This document shows, piece after piece, positions 23,274-37,500 of a stretch of 64,000 nt of DNA; within the stretch, counting starts at the first letter, position 1; every line of letters begins with the position of its first letter. The stretch comes from Sminthopsis crassicaudata (taxonomy: Eukaryota): NCBI RefSeq assembly GCF_048593235.1, contig NC_133618.1:122427105-122491104 (forward strand). The letters run 5' to 3'. The position numbers and the translations under genes are program-made. The notes under the pieces are model-generated. The model was not told where the DNA came from. It worked only from the letters and a program-made list of their open reading frames with translations, and made no database searches.

Positions 23274-25519
23274 AGATGAGAGATTGTCAGTGAGAGATCA
23301 TTGAGAAAGGACTGTTATGCAGGAGTGAGGGCCCAGTTTAGGTTCCAGAACATAAACTTGGTGTGCATTCAAATAGCACTAAGCTTTACATCCTCTTAGG
23401 TCTACAGATGTTGTCTTTTTTTCTCCCAAGAGCAAATGAAACACAACCAGAAGTCAGTATATAGAGTCAGTGTATATAGTCTTTTGCTACCAAGAGAGTT
23501 GTCATCTGGGCCAAAATCTTTGCTCAAGCTGTTTCTAGTAAAAAAAAAAAAAAAAAAAAAATACTGACTCTCATGCTGACTGAGAGAAATGGGGGGTAGA
23601 GAAGGGTTTCTATTGAAAAGTAGGTAACAGATGAAAAAGAAACATTTTGTTCTGCTTTCCCTTTTGTTTTTTGGGGATTTTTTTGGTTTTTTTACAATTT
23701 TGTCTGGGGAATCAGGGATGCTTTTGGATATATTTCATTTGGATAAATAATCTTGTCCCCTATATTAAACATACTAGACTTTGGATACTAGTAATTGTAA
23801 AGGACAGAAAAGGCAACATAGTGTGAAGAAAGAACACTGAATTTGGAGGCACAATACCTAAATTCACTTAATTAACCAACCAATCAATCAACAAAGCATT
23901 TATTGAGGACCTAATATATGTCAGCCACAGCTTTGACGACACAAAGGCAAAAAAAAAAGGTGGGGGAGCAGTCCTTGTCCTCAGGATCTTACAATCTGTA
24001 AGAGGAAGCAATTATAAACAAAGCAGCTGTCCACCAATGGTTAAACAAATTATAGTATATGGATATAGTGGAATATTACTGTGCCTTAAGAATAAAAAGT
24101 AGGAAGAATTCATAATACTATAGAAAGTTTTGTATGATATGATACAGAATGAAGTAAGCACAATCAAGAAAACAATAAACACATTGACTATAATATTGTA
24201 AATACAAAAAAATTACTTTTTAGGCTATTTTTACAAATTATACTACAGATTGGGACTCCCAGAGGATGACTACCCCCATGTTCAAGATGTCATGTGAAGT
24301 CTCCCCATTCAAGATGCAGTTCACAAACCCTTACTCATAGACATACTCTCAATAGTCAACCATATAGAATATATTTGTAGAGAGTCATGCATTTAGGAAG
24401 CACACATGGCTAAGGCAACTCATATCACTAGCACTGCAGGACACCAATCTTTTTTATTCCTGTATCCTCACACTACTGCTCTCTGAGTACAGCATCTCTG
24501 CTGGGCAGGTCACTGGAATCTCTGGACATGTTCTTCTCTGAAATTCAACCTAATTCTGTAGCAATTCTCTGAACACAGAATTTAGCATTGCTGTATGAAT
24601 GGGTTTACTGGAGAAAAAAATGGAAGGCAGAGGAAAAAAGAGAGCCCTTTTCACTAATTAATCAGGGTGTAAAAGAATCAAACCCTTTATGAAATGAGCC
24701 ACTTTTATGTTTGAAAGGGGTGAATATATTTGTATGTATGTTTATGTGTATGTGTATATGTATGTGTACATCTATCTATAGCTATATATTTATATATGGG
24801 AACAAAAGAAAACCTACAAAGAACCAGAGAAAAGCAGGACAGATTTGAAAGTGATGTGTAGTATTTGTTACATAGATTTTCTTAAAATGGAAATTTATTA
24901 TTTTATATTGAATCTTACCTTATGTTCTTCTGTGTACATGGTAACGTTTTCTTTTCTTTTTTTATTTAAGTTAAAAAAATTAAAAACTAAAAAGGGTAAA
25001 TTCTTACACTATATGTCTCTGTTACTTAATCTCTGATGATTGTAATTTCATCAGGTAGGTTGGGTAAACTCAAGTAATCAGGAGTTTTTTTTTATCAATC
25101 CCGGCTCTTTGACAGAAAATATAACATATAATACAGTATCTGGCATAGTAGATATTTAATAAAAGTTTTATGTAATATTTATGTAATATATATATTTATA
25201 TAATATATATATATATAATATAATTATAATGACCAATTATGTTTGACCCCAGGGAAAATTTGAGAAAATGCACCTTCTTCCCTTCTTTGCTGAGGTAGGG
25301 AACTATGGGTGAAGAATATTGCTGTCAGAAATGACTGCTCTGTTTATTAGTTTTTCTGAACTGGTTTTTTCCCCTTTTTTTGTTCTCTGTTTAAGAGAAG
25401 GCTCATTGTGTAGGGGAGGGTAAAGCATATATTTAGAAATGGATGTGATATAAAAATAAAAGATATATATAATCTATGTGTGAATATGTGTATTCTAAAA
25501 ACTGGACCTCAACCATATT

Positions 25520-26260
25520 TGGAGGCAAAATGGGAAGAAAAGAACCTAATAGAAGCCCAGTTTTGTGATGGGTCCAAGACACTGCCTCATAAGGAGAGAG
25601 ACTTCAAATATTGATTCTATAGGGGGAAAGACTTTAGGCCACTACCCTGGAGCAGGGCATCCCAGATCTACATTTAGCTGGATTCTGTTGATTGAATATA
25701 TAGCATTAGGCCTTTCACCTCTACTCTTATCAAAGTAGGAAGTATAACATAAATATGGCCACCTCCTCTATTTTCTACGTGATCTATTGCATGGAGATTC
25801 CATGGAGTTATTTCCCTGGACCCCACTAATGAGCTTAGCCTCAGATACCCAAAAGATAGTTTAAACAAAAGAGGCTCTCATTTCTTCCTGCAGAGAAGGG
25901 GAGGGACAACAATTCTTGTATATTATGGACCTCAAAGAACATCCCCCACAGGCTCTGGAGAACTTCGTTTTCCATGTCATTTGAGAGATGGGAAGAAGGA
26001 CCAAATGAATGGTGGGGTGTCAGCTGATTTATGAATAATACATTCTTCCCAACTGACTCATTCAGCTTTATAAAAGGAAATTTCTACAGAAGTATATATT
26101 TCATAGACATTGCAGAGATAGGAAAAGGCTGACCTTATGACAAAACTACTATATGTTTATGTGTCTTTGAATAAACACTGAAGGATTAAGCTACTTGATC
26201 TGCTCCCCCTTGCTTCTGCTCTCCAACTGCCTCAATAGTAAGCTCTTTTTCCCCATGGAG
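25520..26260 (+). mobile_element. Possible old LTR
   Basis: LTR-like composition with tttataaaagg followed by aataaa; termini and TSD not resolved. Confidence 0.3.
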
Positions 26261-26859
26261 GATATGCTTCCTGTTACTGATGACTATGATGATATAACAG
26301 TCATAAAATTATAGAATATAATATAACTTTATAGAATCTTAGGAAACAGAATGTCAAATGAGAAGGATATTTTTTAATGTTTTTAAGAGTTGGAAGAGAC
26401 TTCAGAGATCATTTACAGACATGGAAACTGATGCCCATGATTTTACTTAGACTGAGGTCCATGTTTTCACTTGATCAGAGTGCTTGGTAGAGAGTAAGTA
26501 TATGAAGACTGAAAAGGTAGGTAGAAAGAAGGTTATATAAGGCTTTATCAGATGATTTTGCATTTGCCCCTAGAGGAAAGAAGGAACCATTGGAGTTTAT
26601 TGAATGATCAAACCTGTACAGGCATGAAGAAAATTACTTGGAGGATGAATTGGAGTGGGAAAAGACATGAGGCAGGAGGCTATTGTAGTAATCATTGTAA
26701 TGTCCATTATTAAAATCATCTGATATTTTATCATGAAATAGATGTTACCACTGGTTCTTGAAAGCTATCCCTTGAGCTACCAATAGTGGACATTTGGTAT
26801 ATTGTCCGAGGACAGTCTAGCAAGTTCAGAGATACTCATCTCCAGAGAACCATGGATCT

Positions 26860-28040
26860 TTGAAATGTTGAAGTTTTTGCAGTGAATGACAATGATAAGA
26901 AGAAATGGAAGATATCAAGAATCATATGAAAAAATTATCCAAATTACTAACTAATAATAAGAGATATACAAATTAAAACTGCTCTAAGGTTTTCTCTTAC
27001 ATCCATCAGATTGGCTAAAGAGACAAAAATAGTAATTGCTGAAAAGGTTATAGATAGTCATATTAATATGCTATTGCTGGAGCTGTTACTTGGTCCATTT
27101 TATAAAGTAATTTGAAACTATACCCCAAAATTCATTAAACTGTGCACACAAATTCTGACTCATGAATACCACTATGTGATATATAAGTGACCTCAAAGAA
27201 ATCACATACATAAGGAAAGTTTTCAAATGTACAAAAAATAATGTACAGAATTATGCTTTTACAGTAAAATATAATATATGCCATCAATTAGGGAATGGTT
27301 GAAGAAATTATGGTATATAAATCAAAGGTTATTATGTCATAAGAAATAGGTAATATGACCAAATCTGAGAAACTTGGGCAACTTCTCATGAGCTGATCCA
27401 TAGTGAAGTGAAAAGAATCAGGAAAACTATTTACATGCTAAGTATAATAATAAAAAAGAAAACAAATTTAACAGACAAGTTCTGATCAATGTTGTTGAGT
27501 CATCTTAATCATGTCCGACTCTTTAAGATTCCTTTTGGAGCTTTCTTGGCAAAAATGCTGGAGTGGTTTGCCATTTCCTTCTCCAACTCATTTTACAAAT
27601 GAGGAAACTGAGGCAAACAGGGTGAAGTAACTTGCCCAGGGTCATATAATTAGTAAGTGTCTGAAGCCATATTTGAACTCATTAAAAAAAAGTCTTCCTG
27701 ACTCCAGGTCCAGCACTCCCATCTACTGCACCACCTTGTTGCCAATTTGCTTATTAATCTAGTGACTAATTAGAACTCAAAAGATTGATATTAAAATATG
27801 CTTCCCAATCCTTGGCAGAGATATGCAAAAACAAATGCAATCAATGTCATAATTAGTTTTATTTAATTTTAATTATTAGTTACATAAAAAAGAATTTCTA
27901 AGCAGGAAGAGTTAGGAGGAATTGGTACAGATAGTGACAGAAGTAGACATAAGACAGCATCAATGAAACATTTAAAAATTGCACAGAAGAGCAAAAATCC
28001 AGAAAAGGACAGACAGGCAAAATCATTTTGTTATTAATAT
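26860..28040 (+). mobile_element. Old LINE-1 3' region interrupted by a MAR1 SINE
   Basis: Degenerate ORF2-end motifs (cagattggcta, aattatggtatat) and 3'UTR-like sequence continuing after 27742. Confidence 0.55.
27490..27742 (-). mobile_element. MAR1-type CORE-SINE
   Basis: Same structure as 5872-6116. Confidence 0.75.
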
Positions 28041-28134
28041 ATTACATATATAAATATAGATAAGGTGTGTTTATGAATGTATATGTGTGTGTGTGTCTAT
28101 ACACACAAAGTACACAATTGAATTTTGTAGTTTT

Positions 28135-28277
28135 GGGGGCAGCTAGGTGGTGCAGTGGATAGAGCACCAGCCCTGAATTCAGGAGGACCCGAGTCAAATC
28201 TGGTCTCAGACACTTAACACTTCCTAGCTGTGTGACCCTGGGCAAGTCACTTAACCCCAGCCTCAGGAAAAAAAAAA
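28135..28277 (+). mobile_element. Young WSINE1-type SINE
   Basis: Intact A/B boxes, A tail; perfect 14-bp TSD tgaattttgtagtt at 28119-28132 and 28278-28291. Confidence 0.9.
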
Positions 28278-31200
28278 TGAATTTTGTAGTTCCATTTACA
28301 ATTCTCTTTTCTGTAACTTGTTTTTGAATGAACATGTTTATTGATTTTTGTTAAATTCACATTTTTAAAAAAAGATAGTTTTAAAATGCACTTTCCCTCA
28401 CATTTGATTTCTCCCCAAACTATGAGTTAGATTTTGAATTCCAGTGTGCTTCTGATGTCATATGGCTTTTGAGATGTTGAATTAATTAGTCTCTGCAGAA
28501 TTAATTTGAAAAGGCAATTAATTTGAAAAGATATATTGAGAGTGAGTAGCTTGCATCACTTGGCAAATGAAGAATCACATGGAAGAAGTGGAATAATTAA
28601 TATTTTCAAAGAAACGTGTTATTGGAGAAAGGGATGGTCTGGCCACATAGTAAAAGCAAGAGATAATGTATAACTTATGCATGTACTCCACTGATACCCA
28701 GGCAATGTCAAGATAACTAGAACAAGGCCCTCAACATGTTGAATAGATTCCTGGCAGTGAATTTTTCAGTAGGACATAAACAAGAGTCACACAGGTCAGG
28801 TAGCCATGGATGGGATACATCCTGTATTGTTGGAATGGGTTGCTATGAGATGCACAAGACACACCAGAGTAGGAGACAGAGCACCCACTATTGCTCTCAC
28901 TTGACAGAGAAGGAAATTGAGGTAAGGAAAAATTAAGTGATTTAGAAGAGACAGCGCTATCATGTCTTCTGGCTTTAAAATTATAAAATAACCTGTTTAC
29001 CTCTGGTATTATTAGAGTTCACTGCTGTGATGATGTTTGAGATTTTTTTTTTATTCTTATAGCTAAGATTTTTACAAAGTAAAGATCACTACCCTCAAGG
29101 AAAAAAGATCTCTATTTTGCTGTTTGGTTATTTGACAGTTATAAGAAGCAATAAAATGGGAGGATTCAAGATTTTAAATTAGGGTCCTGACCGAGCATTA
29201 ACTTTCCTGTTTTCTCAAGTATAAAATATTTATTTAGGTTGTGCAATGGAAAGACCCCTAGATTTGGAGCCAGAAGAAATAGGTTAAAATCCTATCCCTA
29301 TCATTTTTATATATGTAACTTTAGACAGTCACCTTAACCTTATTCAGTATGATATTGTCTGATACATAGAAGGTGTTTGATAAATATTTCTTGACTGATT
29401 GACTTAGAAGGAGGAGGAGGAGAGGTTGGGAAGAGAGGGTTTCCATTTCAGGGATGGACCCAGGACAACTGTGCTTTATTGCCCCCCCTGCCTGGGCTTC
29501 TGACTCTTCAGGCTTTGTTACCATGACGCAGATGTCTCCTCATCTTTGACTATCTCTCTGCCATACTGTACCCTTTCTTCCACTTTTGAGATCCTTCCAA
29601 GGGACCTCCATCTGAGATCAGGCTTGTGTTAACAATGGTTATGCATGCTGGTCATATTTTTGACTACCAAATACCAGCAAATGAATCCTCTCTTTTCCTC
29701 TCCCTTTTTTTAGCTCTTTTTTTTGCTTTTATTTGTATCTTCAACTCTTAAAAGCATGTTTGATATATAGTAAGGGCTTAATAAATGCTTAAAACATAAA
29801 AAAATTATTTCTTTGCCTTAACTTCTCTGGACCTCAGTTTCCTTAACTATAAAATGGAGTTAGACTAGATGATTTATAAAGTCTCTACCAGTCCTAACTG
29901 TATAATCTTAAAAGACTATTTTGAGAATTGATAGTATGTTATATTTATATGTTCAAAGTTATAAATGTATATGTATATTTCCATAACATAGTATAATATA
30001 TATTATATTTAAATACATGTTTATAAATGTATATAGCATGTTACGTGCATGTCTATGAAGTCTCTAGAACAAATATTATTATTCTCATTTTACCCATAAG
30101 AAAACTAAAGTTCAGAGAAGTTGAATGGCCAGCCGGAGGTAACAGAGCAGGAAAGTGTTAGAACTAGTAACTAAATTCTAATCTCTGATTCCAAGCTCAG
30201 TGTTTGTGAGATTATAACAAAACTGCCTCCTTCCACCACCATTCACTAACTAAAAGTAATTTTATTAGTTAAAAGGAATTTCTTTATGATGTGACAGCCT
30301 TGAAAAATAAGGCTTTCGTGTCAGACATCTGAATACAAGCCTGGTTTCTCCACCTCTCCCAGCTGTTTCCGGCCATGCTAAGTGCCTGGTTTGAAAATAA
30401 CTTTTGGAAGAGAGCAGGCAGGAATGGTGTCACCCAGCCAACTGAAGTGATTACAGGCACATTCCCTCATCCCCAGGGTTTGTTATCTGTACATTGTGTC
30501 AAGAGAGTTGAAATCTCACATCATGTTTTTACGCATGATAAAACACATTTTCACAAGCCGGACCAGCAATCACTGATGATATTATTGCCATTCCCTGCTC
30601 AGGATCCTCTTCCCCTCCCAATCCTGCCTTCTCCTAAATTCAGCATAATTCAACTCCATTAAAAAAGCATTGATGAACTGCCCATAGTGTGCCAGAGATT
30701 TGGCAGGTTTCCAGATACAAAGATAAAAATTTAATAGTCTCTATGCAAATGGAGCTTGTATTCTCTTGTGATGGGGTAAGAACATGTAGGCAGATAAATA
30801 AATACAAAATTTACAAAAAAAAATAATTTGGAGAAAAGATATTGCTGACAAATGGGGTTAGGGGATCAAGAAGGTATATAGGAGGTGACACTTTCAGGGA
30901 ACTGGTCATCCATCCTAAAAGAGTAGAGGTGAGGAGATTAGAGTCATTCTAGCCTTGGGGAACTGCCTGAACAAAGGAAAAGGATGGGTAATGGAATATT
31001 TTGTATGAAAGGTAGTCTTGCCAGATAAAACTTGGGCAGGATTAGAAGGGAAAGGTTTTATGCCTAGTTGAAGATTTCCAGCTCTGTCTCAGGCATATAT
31101 AGCTTAAGGAGTAAACTAAAATCAATGGGTGTAATTGGCAGAGAGGCAAATTGTGACCCAGCCATTTGGCGCTGTCCCTATCTGAGATGATCCTGCTCAT

Positions 31201-32658
31201 AAAAGAGTGAATTCCTTGACCTTTGGAGATCCTCAAGATATGGCTGGAAAATCACATGTTGGAGAGGCAATTTTTCTTTAGGTAAGAGGTAACTAGAAGG
31301 TAACTTCTAACTCTAACTTCTAACTGTCCATCTCATATTTAATAAAATTTTAGCAATTTATTAGAAAATTATTCTGAAAAATCAATGATTAGGCAAGAAG
31401 TGCTATCTTCTCTGCTATGCCCCTGATAATCTTAATTCTCCTTTCTATCATCACAATCTTACATCAGAAGATTTAATATGAATTGCAAGGATTTAGCATC
31501 ACTCACTACATGTCTATATCATGGACATCCAGGACTCATTCCTTCCAAAAAAGAGTAGGTAGAGTCTGGGATTTCTGATTCACAAGACATCCAATTCAAA
31601 ATATCCAATAGATAGTTGGAAATGCTAAATTATAAGGTAGTAATGAAATTAGGAATGGATAAATGTATCTCAGAACCATTTGCATGGAAATGAAGAATTC
31701 ATGGGATGAGATCATTAAGTAAACTAATATAGAGGCTTAAAAGAAGAAGATCACAGAGTCTTCAGGGAAACTAAAGGCTATTTAGGCAAAGCCTAGATGA
31801 AGAATAAGCAATGTTTTTTTATCTACTAAATAAGATTGCAGAATCTCATAATTACAATGAGAATTCAATAAGTATATACTGCAAACTATATAGGAAAAAG
31901 GTTCCTCTTCCCCCTCCAAAAAAAAACAAAAAACAAAAACACTAACAAATAGGCATCCTAGCTTCTACTTAGAGACTTCTAAAGAGGAAAAACCCACAAC
32001 CTTTTAGCAAAGTCCACTGTACTATTGCCAGACAGACAAATGTGAGGAAGTCATCCTTAGATTAAGTCTAAATCTGCCTTGTTGCAACTATTCCTCGCTC
32101 CAACTTCTACCCTCTGGGGCCCAGCAAAACAAGTCTTATCCCTCTTCCCACTGACAACCTTTCAAATCCTTGAAGGCATATACACTGATAAAACACCAAA
32201 GTCTATGCATGCAACCATGTGTTTCTGTTGCCTTATCAGCAAGCTACAATTTTTGCTCTTTGAAATCATGGAGTTTTATGGTTATTATCTACCTAAAATC
32301 ATTGAATGGTGGTGTAAAAAGATTGGTTTCATGATTATAATCTGAGATTCAAAGATGAATCAAAAGTTATGAGTCTCACATTTTGTATTATTCTGCTATC
32401 CGGAGGTCTTTGAAACTTATTCCTGATTTCTTTGATTCTTAAATTCTTTTCCCCTAAAGAGTAAGGTGGTACTGAGCATCAAGCAGGATGTTCAACCACA
32501 TGTAACTCAATAACAATGAAAGGAGGCCAAACTAGTCTTGCTGACCCTTTAAGAACTGATGATAGATGCTTAAATCATTCTGACCAGAACTGAAAGGAGT
32601 CTTAGAGACAAAATCCCTGTTCTCACACGTGCTAAACAGTTGAATGACCAGAATTTCA

Positions 32659-32885
32659 GGGGGTGAGTAAACTAAGTCTAATTATGCAGTGGAAAAAGCT
32701 TTTTTTAGGGAGAAAAAATTATATAGCCTTTTCTCTGGAGTGGGGGCTAAGAGGTAGAGCTGTTTTGTTTGTGTTAATTTCCCATCAAAAAAATCCTGTA
32801 TCTCAAAATAGCCAAATAGCCCAATCCAGGCCACCTGCTCTTTGTGGCGCAGTTCAAGTTCCCACTGACCTCCACCCTGGTGTCC
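32659..32885 (+). repeat. Copy 1 of a ~200-230 bp direct repeat
   Basis: Shares taagtctaattatgc, gtgggggctaagaggtagagct, ccaatccaggcc and agttcccactga with 33695-33892. Confidence 0.85.
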
Positions 32886-33694
32886 CACTGAAGTCATTCC
32901 TCACAGGGGCTTGTGCTGGGTTCCCACGTGCTGGTCAAACTCAACAACCGCCATCCTTCCCCTTTTGGCTTATGGAAGCTGCTTCTAAGAGCAAAAAAGC
33001 CTTTGTCTTCAAGCCAAAATATTCACAAATGATAAAAGTCAAGGAGGAAAGGTCAAGTCTGTGTAAATGGATCATTAAGACAAGACCTTCTTATTTCCAG
33101 TGTTGTCATGTGGGAAAGCAGCTTCCCATCTTCTCTGTTTTCCCTAAGAGTTTGCCGAGAAGATTCATGTCAACAGTAAGCCATTGCAGCCATGTAGGTT
33201 CAAAGGAACTCACCAGTTAGGAAGAGCCTGTCTTAGTAAACTTCTGGAGATCTAGAACAGAGCTTGAGAAAAAGGAAAGAAAGATGTGGAAATGATGTCC
33301 TTTCTCAGCCCCCTAGTCGCAGGGAGTTCATTCATCCAGAGCAATATACTCCTCTTATGGACCTCAAGATTTAGGGAAGAGGAAGAGGAAAACAAACAAA
33401 CAAAAAGAAAGAGTCAATGAAAACTATGGGAAGGTGTGAGGGTAAGACTTGGGAGATGTTGAATCAGAGATAAGTTAGTGAAACTAAAACTCAATCTGCT
33501 ACAAGGAGAACTTGAAGTGATTCTGTGATTCTTAAAGCAAAAAACAGGACTTCAAGTTGAATGATTATTCAGAGGTCTTCTGGCCTAATCCATACCTTAC
33601 CATGAATCTACAATATTCCCAGCGAACTTCGGACTGAAAATGTCCCAGGGAAGGAGAAGCTACAAACAAGATAGCTAGATGGGTCAGTAATTGG

Positions 33695-33892
33695 GGGGGT
33701 GAATAAATTAAGTCTAATTATGCTATAGAAGAGAGTATTTTTAAGAAAAAAAAGTCTTTTCTCTGAGGTGGGGGCTAAGAGGTAGAGCTATTATTTTCTA
33801 TCAAAAGTAATCCTGGACCTCTAAATAGCCAAATATCCCAATCCAGGCCTACTCCTTGTGGTCTAGTTCCCACTGATCTCCATCCTGTGTCC
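33695..33892 (+). repeat. Copy 2 of the direct repeat
   Basis: Same ordered exact blocks as copy 1. Confidence 0.85.
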
Positions 33893-35566
33893 ATCCCTGG
33901 GTCCTGTGTAGACCCAAGTTCAAATCCTACCTCACACCCATTTCATGTATGGTCTTGCACAAGTCATTCAGCCTCTCCTTGCCTATTTCTTCATTTGTAA
34001 AATGGGTATAATAATAGTACCTCCCTAATAGAGGGTCCAACAACATATGAAAGGCACTATGTAAAATCCTAATGAGTTCTACAAATGTTAGTAATATTGT
34101 TGTTATTAATTTGTAGCCCATTCCATTTAGAGAAAGTTGTAACTGAAAGGATAAAACCTTCCAATATTGCCAATAAGGTTGAAAGCTGCTTCTTTACAAC
34201 TTATACCCAGCAGCTACCTTGATTAATGGTGCCCAGGATGGTGTGCTCGGAACCAGCTCTGGGCCAAATGCCACCATGTCTTTCTGCACCACCACTCCCA
34301 TTCTCTCCCACAGGTGGGAAATTTCAGGTCAGCTGTGAAGCCCCCTCTTATTTCTTTTACCAAGTGGCCTGAAATTCCACAATCGGAGTGTCACTTCTTT
34401 GGGCTTACCCTTGCCCTTCTGGTGTCCAGCCAGTCGGACAATAAACTTTTATTGAACACCTATTCTGCACCAACCACTGTGATGTCTGCTGGGGATACAA
34501 CATAAATGCATGCAATTAACAGTGGAAGACGACACCAAAAAAAGAGGAAAAGAGAAAAAGGGGGAAGGGGTGGTACCTGGCATGGGAGCATATGGAGAAG
34601 CTAAAGAAATCCAAAATGAAGGCTTCCAAGTAGGCAACAAGAAGCCTTTTAACAGGCAAAGGCCATCCCCAACCCCTTGGCTCTCACATAATGGTGGTTG
34701 GTGTGGTACACTGCGATGAATTTGGAGAGAGAGCAGCTGGGCTTGGATCCTGTCTCTGCTACATTCATCCTATACAGTGAAGCTCTCTTGTCCTCCTTGG
34801 GCCTCAATTTCCTCATCTGTATATTGGAGGTTTTCCTATAAACCCATTAATTTGTTGGATCACCTTTTCTAGAAAGAATTCAAGGGTAAAATGGGTATTG
34901 AGGTAAGAAGGATCAAAGAGAGAAAAAAGCAAAGAAGGGAAGGATAAGCAAAATAAACCTCAATTATGTCATGATTTGACCTATGTGCCTGACACTATGC
35001 TAAATGGTCAGATAACCAAAAAAGGTTCCCCAAAATGGTCACAACTTTTCCTATCTTCAGTTTCCTAAACTTTAAGTAGGGATAATAATAGCACCATTTT
35101 CAAGAGATTTTTTTTTGATCAAATGAGATCATAAGTGGAAATCACTTTGCAAACCTTTAAGGTTATGCAAATGTTAACTGATATACCAATATGTGGTTAG
35201 CTGCTTAGTTCTTCTGAATATCAGTGTTTTCCATTTACAAAATGGCAGAGAAGTGTCATCTTAGGAGAGAGCTGTGATAGAGTAAAAAGAGCTTTGAATT
35301 TGAAGGAGTTAGAAAGATGTGAGATCACATTCCAGTTCTGCCTTAGTGGACCTTGAGTAAGTGATTTCACTTGTCTACATCTCAATTCCATCAGCTATAA
35401 AGGAAGGGGATGGAGTAGTATATCTACAAGATCCCTTCCAGTTCTACATCTTATGATGATCTTTCTGCCAAAATTTTATATCTTATATAAATAATGGATT
35501 TGCTTAACCATGTACCCGTTTCTTCCTGAAAGATTGTCAGCTCCCTGAAGGCAGGAACATATTTGA

Positions 35567-35567
<1 letters not shown>

Positions 35568-35614
<47 letters not shown>
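35568..35614. repeat. (TG)n microsatellite, ~23 units
   Basis: Read directly. Confidence 0.97.
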
Positions 35615-35616
<2 letters not shown>

Positions 35617-36699
35617 TTGTTTTTTGTCTTGGTATTAACAATAACTAGTGCTGTGGTCTGTAAGTATAGAAGAGATTTGATAAAAATTTGTTGAATTGAA
35701 TTGAATGAAATTTAACTAACCATACATCTGATAAATTTAGAAAATAAAAAGGGTTTGAGGGATCAAAGATCATGATAAAAAAAAATTAGTGAGTTCAGGA
35801 GGAGCTGAGAAATGGAAGAGACTGATCAGGGAAGAAAATTTCCATTTTAAATTGTTAAATCAAAGAAATCTGAAGTACTGTCTAGCTCTATTAGTCTATG
35901 ATTTTAAAAGGGATCACAAATATAAAAGACAGGTGGCAAAAGAAATGATTTTCATTTGGAAATTTTCTTATTTCTGTAAATAAAAGTCTCCCTTAAAAAA
36001 ATTTTAAGCCCAGAATTTTTAAGGAATCATGCTTCCCAATTCAGGACAATTTTGTTGATTTCTCAATGCCCAAGTCCCAAAATAATCCATCTTGATCCCC
36101 TTTTTCAAATAGATAACTGGATTTGGAGTTAACTGGAGTGTCTTACTCTCTGGGGTGCACATGACTTTAGGAAGATTCTTGCAAACCCTTCTGCTTTAAT
36201 GGGAAGAAAAGGGGTCTTAAAGTATTTTCTCATTTTTATGCTGCTCAGAAAATAGTTGCTGCAGGACACAACCCCATTGCTCCTATCTGCAAAGGAAGTG
36301 AAGGAATGTGGAAGTTTATATTGTCGTAATGTGCACTTGTCTACATCTCAGAAGACTTGGAAAGGCTTCCAAAGGCTGCCTCTCCCTTGTCACCAAACTG
36401 TTCCCTCTGGAAAGGGACCTGAGACTGCTAAACTGCTTCCCATTGCTGTTTCTAGGAATGGAAGAGCTGCTGAATGGTCCAACTAGAGGATTTTACTCCG
36501 ATGAATCCAACTGGAAACAGGCCTTAGAATGTCAGTTTTGAAAAGGATTTCATACCATAGAAGAATATAGCCTAATAGAACTGGAAAGATCTTTAGAACA
36601 TAGATGAGAATACCTGAGTTGGAAGGGAACTTAAAACATAGAAAGTCAAATCTGGAAAAGAACTCAGAACTAAGTCTACCAGGGAATAATTTCAAGGGA

Positions 36700-37500
36700 A
36701 GAAATTTAAACTATTTATAACTATATAAAAAAAATTCCAAACTATTAATAATTAGAGAAATACAAAAAAGCCATTCTCAAGTTCTATCTCACACCCGATT
36801 GGCAAAGGTGACAAAAAAGACAAATGACAAATATTGGAGGAGCTTCCAGAAAACATTAGTGGAGCTGTGGATTGGTGCAGCTATTCTGAAAGGCAATTTG
36901 GAACTATGCCCTCAAAGTTACTAAATTGGGCATACCTTTTAAACTAGTAATATAACTATTAAGCCTTTATTCCCAAGAAGATCCAAAAAAGAGAAAAAGA
37001 TCCTAAATGTACAAAAATATTTATAGCAATTCTTTTGCTAATGGCAAGTAAGGTGTTCTTCAGTTTAAGAATGACTAAACCAATTATGGCATATGAATGT
37101 AATAGAATACGTTGATGCTATAAGATATGATGAAAGACAGTTTCAGAGAAACCTAAATCATATGAACTAATACAGAGTGAAATGAATGGAACTAAGAGAA
37201 CAATTTGTACTAGAATAAAATTATGAAAATGAACAGTTTTGAAATACTTAAGAACTCTGATCAATGTAATTATCAATCATGATTCCAGAAAACCAGTGAT
37301 GAAGAATATTACCTATTTCTTGACAAGAGGAGTAATGGGCTAAATTGCAGAATGAAACATACATTTTTTGGCCTTGGACAACATAGATACTTGTTTTGCT
37401 TGGTTCTGCATATTTGATACAAGGGTTAGTACGGAGGTTTTCCTCCAATGGGGATGGAAGAATAAAAGGGGAGAAACACTTATAAATGAAAAAAACTTGA
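36700..37500 (+). mobile_element. Old LINE-1 ORF2 end + 3'UTR
   Basis: L1 motifs ctattctgaaaggcaatttggaactatgccc and caattatggcatatgaatgtaatagaatac. Confidence 0.65.

Noticed and set aside
32663-33220. 185-aa ORF, the longest unexplained one
   Set aside because: Starts inside the direct repeat, has no domain motifs or splice support, and its composition looks non-coding.
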